NCBI GenBank assembly: GCA_026705765.1
Contig: JAPPAB010000099.1
Coordinates: 14,833 to 78,832 of the forward strand
Direction of reading: 5' to 3'
Length of the DNA stretch: 64,000 nucleotides
Source of the DNA: Gemmatimonadota bacterium
Lineage (GTDB): Bacteria > Latescibacterota > UBA2968
Below, one piece after another: positions 28,737 through 37,359 of the stretch. Made by a program: the position numbers and the translations under genes. Position 1 is the first letter of the stretch. Every line of letters starts with the position of its first letter. The notes beneath the pieces are model-generated. The model did not search any database and was not told the origin of the DNA. It saw nothing but the letters and a program-made list of their open reading frames with translations.

Positions 28737-31700
28737 ATGGGCGGTCAAAGATTTTTGTTTTTTAGATGGATACTCGTTGGGCTGTTTTGCCTCAATGCCG
28801 AGGTTTTTGCAGGCGAGGCCAGGCATGTGTGGACGTCCTTTCGGCAAGAAGATGGACTGGCGCACAATGTGGTGACGGCTGTGTTGCAGACACCCGATGG
28901 GGCGATGTGGTTTGCCACGCTGGGTGGGGTGTCGCGCTATGACGGGCGTTTATGGAAGAAGTACGGGGTTGAAGATGGGCTGCCGGGAAATGCTATTCAG
29001 GATCTGGTTGCCGCACCCGATGGGGCATTGTGGGCTGCTGTGGGACGGGGTTTTGGTCGTGAAGCACGACAGGGACTGGCTTATTTTTTTGGCGAGGAAT
29101 GGAGGGGGATTGATCTGCCAGAAGAATTGAGGGGGCGAGGGGGCTTGCGCCAGATTTTGGGGCTGGATGGTGGTCGCTCCTGTCTGGTGACCGATGCAGG
29201 TCACTTGTTGCGCTTTGATGGCGCAGATCTTTATTTGGTGATGTTAGATGGTCAGCCGCTTCAAGGTGTTCAGAGCTTGATGGCCGATGCAAATGGGAAA
29301 GTGTGGGTCGCTTATGGGGGGCGAGGGGGCAATGTTTTGTTTGGCCCGGGAATGGGACGGGGGGGACGCGGTGAACCGGGTGGCAGAGGCAGGCGCGGTG
29401 GTTTTAGAGGGGCAGACGGTCCCGAAGGTGGCAGAGGGCGAGGTGATTTTAGAGGGGCAGACGGTCCCGAAGGTGGCAGAGGGCGAGTTGAACTGGGTGG
29501 TCGGGGCAGGCGTGGTGATTTGAGGGATATGGACGGTCCTGATGGTCGTGGAGGGCGAGGTGGAAGACCTGACGAGTTTGAGCAGGGTATGGGGTTATTG
29601 GATGTGGATACGGGGGAATGGACGACGATAGCAGATATGGATAGTTTGAGCAATGTATCTGTGTGGGCGATGGCGCAAAGTGCCGATGGCGCGCTCTGGT
29701 TTGGTACCGATGAGAACGGGCTTAAGCGGTATTATTCGGGACAATGGGAAACATTTACAACTGAGGACGGGTTGCCTTCTAATCGGGTGCAGGTGATTCG
29801 CTTTGCACAGGATGGAACGGTGTGGATTGGTACGCCGGCTGGCGCAGCTTTTCGAGATGCGGGCGGACAATGGCGAATTTTTACAGAGCGCGAGGGATTG
29901 CCCAATAGCTATGTGGTCGATATCTGTATTGCTGCGGATGGGGCAATTTGGGTGGGTACGCGTGGGGGGGTTGCGCGTTTGGGGCTTTCGGGGTGGTTGC
30001 ACCACAGGAACTGGCCAGGGATGAATGATCGCGGTGCTTCGATTTTCGCTCTCGGTGAAGATGGTCAGCTCTGGGTTGGCAATGATGCGATTTACAAATT
30101 TGAGCGGGATTCCTGGCATGTGGCACATGGGTTAGAAGATGTGCGCGGGCGTTTGATCGATTTGTTTGTCGATGGAAAAGGACACCTCTGGACTGTAACG
30201 CCGTTTCAATTGTTGCGTTATGATGGCGAGGTATGGGAGGTGATAAGGCCCGATCGTCGAATGGGATTGGGATTTCGAGCCGTGTGCCCTGCACAAGATG
30301 GCGGCGTGTGGGCAATTACGCGCTCAGGTGTTCAGCGATTCGATGGGCAGGTATGGACGGCTCTGTTTTCCTCACAGGGTCTGGCGCAGATAGAGAGCAA
30401 TCCCGAAAGGTCCAGCATTTCGATTTGCGAGGCGAGCGATGGCAGTTTGTGGCTGGGGCAGGTGGATGGCGTGATGCATCTGATGGATGGGGAGCAGCGG
30501 AAATACACTGCTGCTGATGGGATACCAGGTGGGCCGATTACTGTGGTTGCCGAAGATATTGGTGGACAGATATGGATTAGTTCACTGCTTGAAGGGGTAG
30601 CGCATTTTAATGGGCAGCGATGGCGACGGGTTCCGGGCGCAGATCAGGCGCAGTTTAATGGGGTGAATCGGATATTTCCCGCCAATGATGGCAAGGTGTG
30701 GTTGGCTTCGCCGATTGATGGCGCGATTCACACCGATGGGTTTGCCTGGGTGCGCTATACGGTTCAAGAGGGGTTGCCGAGTACACAGGTTTGGGATGTG
30801 GCACAAGATGCCGAGGGTTTGTTGTGGTTTGCGACGTCTGATGGGTTGGGGTGTTATGATCCCGATGGCGATGCGCCCGAGACACTTCTTTTGGCTCCGC
30901 CAGTTCAAATTGCGCCGTATCAAAATGCGTTGTTTGAATTTGCAGGGCAGGATGTGTGGAAGCAGACGCCAGATGGGTCATTGCAATATTCATGGCGGCT
31001 CGACGAGGGGGCGTGGTCCTCTTTTTCGCGCAATAACCGGGTTTTGTTGGAGGACATTGATGCTGGCGGTCACAAATTTGAAGTGCGCGCTATGGATCTG
31101 GCTTTTAATGTGGATAAGACCCCCGCTGTGCAGGTGTTTGAGGTGTTGGCGCCTGTGTGGCAACGGCCCTGGTTTGTGGGATTGAGTGGCGTTTCGTTGC
31201 TCATCGTGCTGGTTACGACGGGATATGCGTTTCAAAAGCACAAGCGCTGGCGCATAGCACAGACGCAGTTGATCGATGAGTTGGAGACGGAACTTCAGGA
31301 AGCCCACGATATGCAGATGGGGCTGTTGCCCCGAGATCCCGTGCGCGAGAGAGGGTTTGAGGTGGTGGGCAGGTGTTTGCCAGCCAATCATGTCGGCGGT
31401 GATTATTTCACGTATTTCTGGTTGGACGACGATCGGAAAATACTGGGGTTTGGAGCCGCAGATGTGTCGGGTAAGGCGATGCAGGGTGCTGTGCGGGCTA
31501 TGCAATTGAGCGGGATGTTGCACTATGAGGTTCGCGCGGCACAGACGCCGATAGATGTGTTGCGGAATTTGAATCTCGTTTTGCAAGAGCAATTTGATGC
31601 GGCGAGTTTTGTGACGTGCTGTTTGGGGACGCTGGATTTAGAGACGGGAGAGATTGTTCTGGCCAATTCCGGGCATCCCTATCCCTATCGGGTGTCTGTG

Positions 31701-32021
31701 GGCGGTGATTTGCAGATGATAGAGTTGATGTCTGTGCCTCTGGGTATGACGTTGCCGCCCGAGGTGGATACCGAGCCTAAAGAAACGCGTGCGTTTTTGG
31801 ATTTTGGCGATATGCTGGTGCTCTACAGCGATGGGGTGACGGATATGCAAAATGCCGCGGGAGAGTTTTACGAGGAGGCGCGGTTGGAGGCTTTGCTAAA
31901 AGAACACGCGGGCGCGAGTGCCGATGTTTTGATCGATACGGTGATTGATGATCTGGTTCGGTTTCGCGCGTCGGCGGCACAGACAGATGATGTGACGCTT
32001 CTGGTTATTAAGAGGCGGTAG
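28737..32021 (+). CDS. Two-component-regulator beta-propeller (Y_Y_Y-type) protein fused to a PP2C/SpoIIE-family phosphatase, with an RG-rich low-complexity insertion
   Basis: Repeated propeller blades with conserved W/G positions, a transmembrane segment, and a C-terminal PP2C core (GDYFTYFWLDD, LYSDGVTD). An RG-rich tandem repeat lies in the propeller region. Confidence 0.65.
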   Translation: MGGQRFLFFRWILVGLFCLNAEVFAGEARHVWTSFRQEDGLAHNVVTAVLQTPDGAMWFATLGGVSRYDGRLWKKYGVEDGLPGNAIQDLVAAPDGALWAAVGRGFGREARQGLAYFFGEEWRGIDLPEELRGRGGLRQILGLDGGRSCLVTDAGHLLRFDGADLYLVMLDGQPLQGVQSLMADANGKVWVAYGGRGGNVLFGPGMGRGGRGEPGGRGRRGGFRGADGPEGGRGRGDFRGADGPEGGRGRVELGGRGRRGDLRDMDGPDGRGGRGGRPDEFEQGMGLLDVDTGEWTTIADMDSLSNVSVWAMAQSADGALWFGTDENGLKRYYSGQWETFTTEDGLPSNRVQVIRFAQDGTVWIGTPAGAAFRDAGGQWRIFTEREGLPNSYVVDICIAADGAIWVGTRGGVARLGLSGWLHHRNWPGMNDRGASIFALGEDGQLWVGNDAIYKFERDSWHVAHGLEDVRGRLIDLFVDGKGHLWTVTPFQLLRYDGEVWEVIRPDRRMGLGFRAVCPAQDGGVWAITRSGVQRFDGQVWTALFSSQGLAQIESNPERSSISICEASDGSLWLGQVDGVMHLMDGEQRKYTAADGIPGGPITVVAEDIGGQIWISSLLEGVAHFNGQRWRRVPGADQAQFNGVNRIFPANDGKVWLASPIDGAIHTDGFAWVRYTVQEGLPSTQVWDVAQDAEGLLWFATSDGLGCYDPDGDAPETLLLAPPVQIAPYQNALFEFAGQDVWKQTPDGSLQYSWRLDEGAWSSFSRNNRVLLEDIDAGGHKFEVRAMDLAFNVDKTPAVQVFEVLAPVWQRPWFVGLSGVSLLIVLVTTGYAFQKHKRWRIAQTQLIDELETELQEAHDMQMGLLPRDPVRERGFEVVGRCLPANHVGGDYFTYFWLDDDRKILGFGAADVSGKAMQGAVRAMQLSGMLHYEVRAAQTPIDVLRNLNLVLQEQFDAASFVTCCLGTLDLETGEIVLANSGHPYPYRVSVGGDLQMIELMSVPLGMTLPPEVDTEPKETRAFLDFGDMLVLYSDGVTDMQNAAGEFYEEARLEALLKEHAGASADVLIDTVIDDLVRFRASAAQTDDVTLLVIKRR
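29403..29491 (+). repeat. Intragenic tandem repeat (about 45 bp x2, 43/45 identical) encoding FRGADGPEGGRGRGD
   Basis: tttagaggggcagacggtcccgaaggtggcagagggcgag occurs twice in tandem, within a broader Gly-Arg-rich segment. Confidence 0.8.
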
Positions 32022-32027
32022 AGAGAA

Positions 32028-33929
32028 GTGAAAAAGGAGATCGATATGCGGATTTTTGTCGCGGTATGTGTTTTGATGATGCTTCAGAGCAGTGCTGTAA
32101 TGGCTCAGAATGAGGCTTCGTTTGGTGTGATGGTGGAGCCAAAGACGGCGCGCGTTGGAGAGGCTGTTGCGGTGTGGATTGATGTGGATCTTTCCGATGA
32201 TTGGCATATTTATTCGGCGACCACACCGCCGGGTGGTCCCTATCCCACAGAGATTGCGCTGTCGGGCGCGGGATTTCGGCAGGTGGGGGCGGTGGTTCAG
32301 CCTGAGCCTATTGTGGAGTACGATCCTAATTTTGAGATGAATGTGGAATATTATCATCCCAAAGTGCGGTTTGGGGTGCGGGCTGAGGTGGGTGAGGGGA
32401 TGCCGGGTGAGCGGGTGCTGTCGGGTGAAGTGATCTATATGCTTTGCAATGCGACGCAGTGTTTGCCGCCAAATACATACGCATTTGAGATTCCCGTGGT
32501 GGTGGAGGCGGGACCTGCGCGGGCGGAGTTTGTGTTTTCTGCTGATGCGACACCCCCAGTGTCGTTGGATGGTACGGGTAGCGTGGCCGATGTTGAGCGC
32601 GCGATTACAGAGGGTTTGAGTGCGTTTTTGTACCTGTCTTTGTGGATGGGTTTTCTGGCTTTGCTCACGCCGTGTGTGTTTCCGATGATTCCCATTACGG
32701 TGTCGTTTTTTACCAAGCAGGAAACGCAGAGCCGGAGGGAGTCTGTTACCAAGTCGCTGGCTTATTGCGGGGGTATTATTTTTACGTTTACCGGGTTGGG
32801 TATGGTGTTGGCGGCGACCCTGGGCGCTTCTGGTGCGGCTCTGTTTGCGGCAAATCCCTGGGTCAATTTGTTGATTACTGCGATTTTTGTGGCTTTTGCG
32901 CTGGCGTTGTTTGGGCTGTTTGAGATTCGATTGCCTTATGGTTTGCTCAATAAGTTGAACCAGGTTCAGGGGGGCAGTTATGGCGCAATTCTAATTATGG
33001 GATTCACGTTTTCGCTCACATCGTTTACGTGTACTGCGCCTTTTGTGGGGACGCTGCTGGTGCTGACGGCTCAGGGAACGTGGGCGTGGCCCATTTTGGG
33101 CATGCTGGTATTTTCGGCTGCTTTTGCCTCTCCGTTTTTCTTTTTGGCACTTTTTCCGCAGTCGCTTGCTGCTCTGCCCCAAAGCGGTGGCTGGTTAAAT
33201 TCCGTGAAGGTTGTGATGGGGTTTTTGGAATTGGCCGCTGCGTTGAAATTTTTGAGCAATGTCGATCTGGTGTGGCAGTGGGGTATTATTTCGCGCGAGG
33301 TCTTTATTGCGGGGTGGATCGCGATCTTTTTGTTGTGTGGTTTTTATTTGTTGGGCAAGATCCGCTTGCCGCACGATTCTGTGCTCGATACAGTTGGTCC
33401 GCTGCGTTTGCTGGCGAGTAGTGGATGTTTGGCTTTTGGGCTGTATTTGATGACGGGTCTTTTTGGCGCACCTCTGGGCGAATGGGACGCATTTTTCCCG
33501 CCTTATGGAAGTTATGGGGAGATTGCCAAGATAAGGAGCGGTGAACCGGAACTGACCTGGCGCGATGATTATGAAGCGGGTTTGGCAGAAGCAAAGGCGA
33601 CGGGTAAACCGGTATTTATCGATTTTACGGGCTATGCGTGTACGAATTGCCGCTGGATGGAGGCGAATATTTTTCCCGAAAAGGAGGTGCATGCGTTGTT
33701 AAAGCAGTTTGTACGGGTTCAGTTGTACACAGATGGGCGGGGAGAAAAATACAAGCGCAATCGCGATTTGCAGGAGGCTAATTTTGGTACGGTTGCTCTG
33801 CCTTTGTACGCGATTATGACACCCGGGGGAAAAGAGATTACACATTTTCCGGGGATGACGCGCGATGTGGATGTTTTTGTGCGCTTTTTGAAACAGGGGC
33901 TTGATCCGACAGTGGCGAGTGTGGAGTAA
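32028..33929 (+). CDS. dsbD: Protein-disulfide reductase DsbD family (membrane transporter with C-terminal thioredoxin-like domain)
   Basis: Polytopic core with LTPCVFPMIP and FTCTAPF Cys motifs, and a C-terminal CTNC thioredoxin motif. Confidence 0.7.
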   Translation: MKKEIDMRIFVAVCVLMMLQSSAVMAQNEASFGVMVEPKTARVGEAVAVWIDVDLSDDWHIYSATTPPGGPYPTEIALSGAGFRQVGAVVQPEPIVEYDPNFEMNVEYYHPKVRFGVRAEVGEGMPGERVLSGEVIYMLCNATQCLPPNTYAFEIPVVVEAGPARAEFVFSADATPPVSLDGTGSVADVERAITEGLSAFLYLSLWMGFLALLTPCVFPMIPITVSFFTKQETQSRRESVTKSLAYCGGIIFTFTGLGMVLAATLGASGAALFAANPWVNLLITAIFVAFALALFGLFEIRLPYGLLNKLNQVQGGSYGAILIMGFTFSLTSFTCTAPFVGTLLVLTAQGTWAWPILGMLVFSAAFASPFFFLALFPQSLAALPQSGGWLNSVKVVMGFLELAAALKFLSNVDLVWQWGIISREVFIAGWIAIFLLCGFYLLGKIRLPHDSVLDTVGPLRLLASSGCLAFGLYLMTGLFGAPLGEWDAFFPPYGSYGEIAKIRSGEPELTWRDDYEAGLAEAKATGKPVFIDFTGYACTNCRWMEANIFPEKEVHALLKQFVRVQLYTDGRGEKYKRNRDLQEANFGTVALPLYAIMTPGGKEITHFPGMTRDVDVFVRFLKQGLDPTVASVE

Positions 33930-35231
33930 TTACCGTGCCAGGCCGATAAATGCGCCCAGGACGAGGGCAACGACGCCGAGCAGGGATAGGAGAAGGGCGC
34001 CGATGGCGATGTGAAGCATTTTGGGTTCAAGTTGGTCGAGATAGGCTTCGAGTGTTTCGATGCCCGAGCGCATAGCGCGTTCGATGGGGTCGGGGAGGTG
34101 CTCGACGAAGGGTATTTTTCGCCGAGAGAGTTCGTCGATGTATTGAATATTTTTGATGTTGTGACGGGCGTTGAAGGTGTGTTCGACGAATTTGCGAGTT
34201 GCAAAGCGCTGTACCGGATCGCGAATTTCGGACAGGTGAAGGGTTTGTGGGTCGATGGTGCTGGATAGTTTGAAGCAGTGTGTGGTTTTGTCGGGGTCGT
34301 CTGGATCGGGTTCGATTTCGCCTTTGACAATGCGTCCCAATATGGTGAGGTCGTGATAGTTGAGGTAGTGATAGCGCCCGCCTTTTTCGCGGCCCAACAG
34401 GCTTTCAATGCGCTGGCGCAAGATGTCGGGGTCGTCTTTGCTCTGGCGGAGATGTTCGGAAATTTTGGCGTTGAAGCATCGCGCATAAAATTTTAGAAAG
34501 TCCCGGACTATGGGCGAGGTATAACTGCCTTTGGCGTTGATGAGACGACGCACAAAGCCGAGGTAACGGGGATTTGTGTATAGCCGCGCAGCGATGTCGA
34601 ATGAACCTCTGGTGAGTGCTGTCGATTCGCGCATCTGTGACTTGATGGCGGTGTCGATTTGCACGCTCATCTGGATCAGTGCGGTGTCTTCGTCGTCTTC
34701 GCGCACGATGGACCGGGTTGGGTCTTCGGGTTCGTCGCGGGCGAGAAAGGGCGTGGTTTCGCCCGAGGCAAAGCTGCCAAGCCCGCCTTCTATACCCTGT
34801 CTGATCATGATTCGAGAAGCGGCTTCTTCTATTTCCGCTTCTGTTTTTTTTAAGAGCTCTTCGGGGAGTTCTGCGTCCTGTTCGGGTACGAGGGCAGAGA
34901 TGTTGTCTGCAAAGATTTGAACTTGAGATTTGTTGTCGAATACGTTGAGATAGGGTTGTTGCATGACTTCGGGCAACAGATGCTGTGTGAGGGTGTTGCC
35001 CCGCTGTCCTTTGAAGGCGGTGTAGAGTGCTTCGTGCAGTGAGGTGAAGGGAACCACGCGCGTTGCGACGAGTGCGCGATCTGTGCCGTAGGTGAAGACG
35101 TAGAGATTTTCCCAATAGCACTTGCGGTAGTATGGCCGGCCGGTTTTGGAGGAGAAGGCGAAGCGGTATTTTGGATCGACAATGCGTTCCATCGGTTCCT
35201 CCTGTTGGAAATGGATGGTTTCAGGGTACAA
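33930..35231 (-). CDS. Hypothetical protein with a C-terminal transmembrane anchor
   Basis: 433 aa with no recognisable domain; C-terminal IAIGALLLSLLGVVALVLGAFIGL. Its stop codon abuts the dsbD stop. Confidence 0.4.
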   Translation of the reverse strand: MYPETIHFQQEEPMERIVDPKYRFAFSSKTGRPYYRKCYWENLYVFTYGTDRALVATRVVPFTSLHEALYTAFKGQRGNTLTQHLLPEVMQQPYLNVFDNKSQVQIFADNISALVPEQDAELPEELLKKTEAEIEEAASRIMIRQGIEGGLGSFASGETTPFLARDEPEDPTRSIVREDDEDTALIQMSVQIDTAIKSQMRESTALTRGSFDIAARLYTNPRYLGFVRRLINAKGSYTSPIVRDFLKFYARCFNAKISEHLRQSKDDPDILRQRIESLLGREKGGRYHYLNYHDLTILGRIVKGEIEPDPDDPDKTTHCFKLSSTIDPQTLHLSEIRDPVQRFATRKFVEHTFNARHNIKNIQYIDELSRRKIPFVEHLPDPIERAMRSGIETLEAYLDQLEPKMLHIAIGALLLSLLGVVALVLGAFIGLAR

Positions 35232-35256
35232 TAATACGTTATTTTGGAAGGGAAAG

Positions 35257-37326
35257 ATGAACTATTTTCGGAGCAATCGGTTTCTCAATACGTTGCCCGA
35301 TTGGGAAACGGGTGAGCCGATAGAAGGTGCGCTGGAAAATTATTTACCGCGTGTGCGCGCACTGTTACATCGCATGGATAATCCCCAGGCGCGGTTTAGC
35401 TCTGTTATTGTTGGGGGGACAAATGGCAAGGGTACGGTGAGTTATTTGCTGGCTGAGTTGTTGCGGGCAGCGGGTTTTCGCGTGGGGCTTTATACGTCGC
35501 CGCATTTGCACACGGTGCGCGAGCGGATATGCGTTGATGGCGAGGTGCTCGCGCGCGATGTGTGGGCTGAGGGCGTCGCACATTTTTACGAGAAAAGCCG
35601 CGATTTTGAGCGCGAAGGCTGGGGTGCGTTTAGCAAGTTTGAGGCGCTCACGGTTTTGGCGGCGCATCATTTTGCGCGGGCAAATGTGGATTGGGCTGTT
35701 TTTGAGGTGGGGCTGGGTGGGCAATTTGACGCGACCAATGCGTGGGATTCGAAGGTTGCTGTGTTGACGGCGATTCATCTGGATCACACGGATGTGTTGG
35801 GCAATACGCTGCGCGAGATTGCAGCGGATAAGGTACATATTGCGCGTTCGGGAAGGCCGCTGTTTACGGGGTCAGGACAGGTGCCTGAGGTTTTGAAGTT
35901 ATTGGAAAGAGAATGCGCGCTTCGGGGTGCGGCATTGCATGTGGTCGATGAGAAAATGGACGATATGGCGGATCGACCAGTTACTTTTCGGGAGAATGCC
36001 GCGCTGTCGGTTGGTGTGGCGCGTCATGTTGTAGATGGGTGCGGGATGGTGTTGGCAGATGAATGGGTGCGGGATGTGGTTTTGAATCGGGCTCTGCCCG
36101 GGCGCTTTGAGGTGGTTCGGAAGACGTTGATTTTAGATGGGGCCCACAATCCGGATGCGGTTCGCGCATTGGTCCGCGATTTGCAAGTTCTATCGGATAA
36201 GTGGCGATTTGTGGTGGGTGTTAATAAGGGGCACGATGCACGGGGTATTTTGCAGGCTCTTTCGCCTCTGGCCGCCGAGGTTGTTTTGACGCAGTCGGCG
36301 CATCCGAAGGCCATTTCTGTGGCGCGTTTGAGCGCGCTGGTTCCAGAGGGGCTGTGTGTGCGGTGTGAGACAGGGGGTTTGAGTTTTTTGACGGAGGTTT
36401 CCCAACAGCCTACGTGTGTCCTGGGGTCGCTGTATCTGGTGGCGTTGGCCCGCGAGGTGCTGGATTTGCCCGGGGAGGCGGACAGTTTTGGCGAGGATGT
36501 GATTTTAGAGAGTTTGCGGTGTTTTGAGATCGCGTGTCGGCAGTTGGACGTGGGGTATGAGGCGGTGTCGGCAGATGGCAATGTGATTCGGGTGGAGAGA
36601 GAGAGAAAGCCGCTGTATTTTTTGCGAAATAAACATCCGTTTAACGATTATGTTTCTGGAAGATTGGCGGAGGATAAGGGGTATCAATACGAGGTGTTTG
36701 ATCGGGCGAATATTACAGTGCCCAAAACGATGACGGTGTTCAATCCTCTATCTGATCGGCGGTTTGATCGGTATAAGACGCATGCTTCTGTCTCAGATAT
36801 TGTAAGTGATGTGGTGCAACACATGTCTTTTCCGGTTGTGGTGAAACGCAATCGCGGATCTATGGCACAGGGCGTGTATCTGGAGGCGAATGCAGAGGGT
36901 TTGCATTCGCGCTTGCAAGACTTGTGTGTGGAAAGCAGCCGATTGGACAATGTGTTGTTGATCCAGGCTTATGTCGAGGGACCTGAGTATCGCATTGTGG
37001 GCAGCGAGGATGAGTTGTTGCTCGCATATGAAAAACAAAATGACTCAGATATTGAAGGAGAGGATATCAATCCCCTGCATCGGGTGGGGGGCAGGGCGGT
37101 TGCGGTCGTGGATGAGGGGTTATTGGAGGAGTTTCGAGTATTGACACGGGCGTTGAATCGGGTGTTGAATTTGGGATTTTACGCAATTGATTTGATCGCG
37201 AGTTCCGATGGGTTTTTTGTTTTGGAAGTGAATCCCAATCCCATATGTCACTTTTATAATGCGGATAATGGACGCGGCGATTTTGTGCAAATTTATCGGT
37301 ATCTGATACGAAAATATTTGCTGTAG
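35257..37326 (+). CDS. Mur-ligase (FolC/CapB-like) domain fused to a C-terminal ATP-grasp (RimK-like) domain
   Basis: GGTNGKGT P-loop and DGAHN Mur-ligase motif in the N-terminal ~450 aa. ATP-grasp features (FPVVVKRNRGSMAQGVYL, IQAYVEGPEYRIVG) in the C-terminal ~230 aa. ATG at 35257 with SD GGAAGGGAAAG. Confidence 0.6.
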   Translation: MNYFRSNRFLNTLPDWETGEPIEGALENYLPRVRALLHRMDNPQARFSSVIVGGTNGKGTVSYLLAELLRAAGFRVGLYTSPHLHTVRERICVDGEVLARDVWAEGVAHFYEKSRDFEREGWGAFSKFEALTVLAAHHFARANVDWAVFEVGLGGQFDATNAWDSKVAVLTAIHLDHTDVLGNTLREIAADKVHIARSGRPLFTGSGQVPEVLKLLERECALRGAALHVVDEKMDDMADRPVTFRENAALSVGVARHVVDGCGMVLADEWVRDVVLNRALPGRFEVVRKTLILDGAHNPDAVRALVRDLQVLSDKWRFVVGVNKGHDARGILQALSPLAAEVVLTQSAHPKAISVARLSALVPEGLCVRCETGGLSFLTEVSQQPTCVLGSLYLVALAREVLDLPGEADSFGEDVILESLRCFEIACRQLDVGYEAVSADGNVIRVERERKPLYFLRNKHPFNDYVSGRLAEDKGYQYEVFDRANITVPKTMTVFNPLSDRRFDRYKTHASVSDIVSDVVQHMSFPVVVKRNRGSMAQGVYLEANAEGLHSRLQDLCVESSRLDNVLLIQAYVEGPEYRIVGSEDELLLAYEKQNDSDIEGEDINPLHRVGGRAVAVVDEGLLEEFRVLTRALNRVLNLGFYAIDLIASSDGFFVLEVNPNPICHFYNADNGRGDFVQIYRYLIRKYLL

Positions 37327-37359
37327 GGGCGGGTTTTAAACCCGCCCCTACAGGCGATT

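Noticed and set aside
29290-29580. Possible CRISPR-like array suggested by repeated GGCAGAGGGCGAG units
   Set aside because: Only two tandem units with no unique spacers. They lie in-frame inside a large CDS and encode an RG-rich peptide; not a CRISPR.
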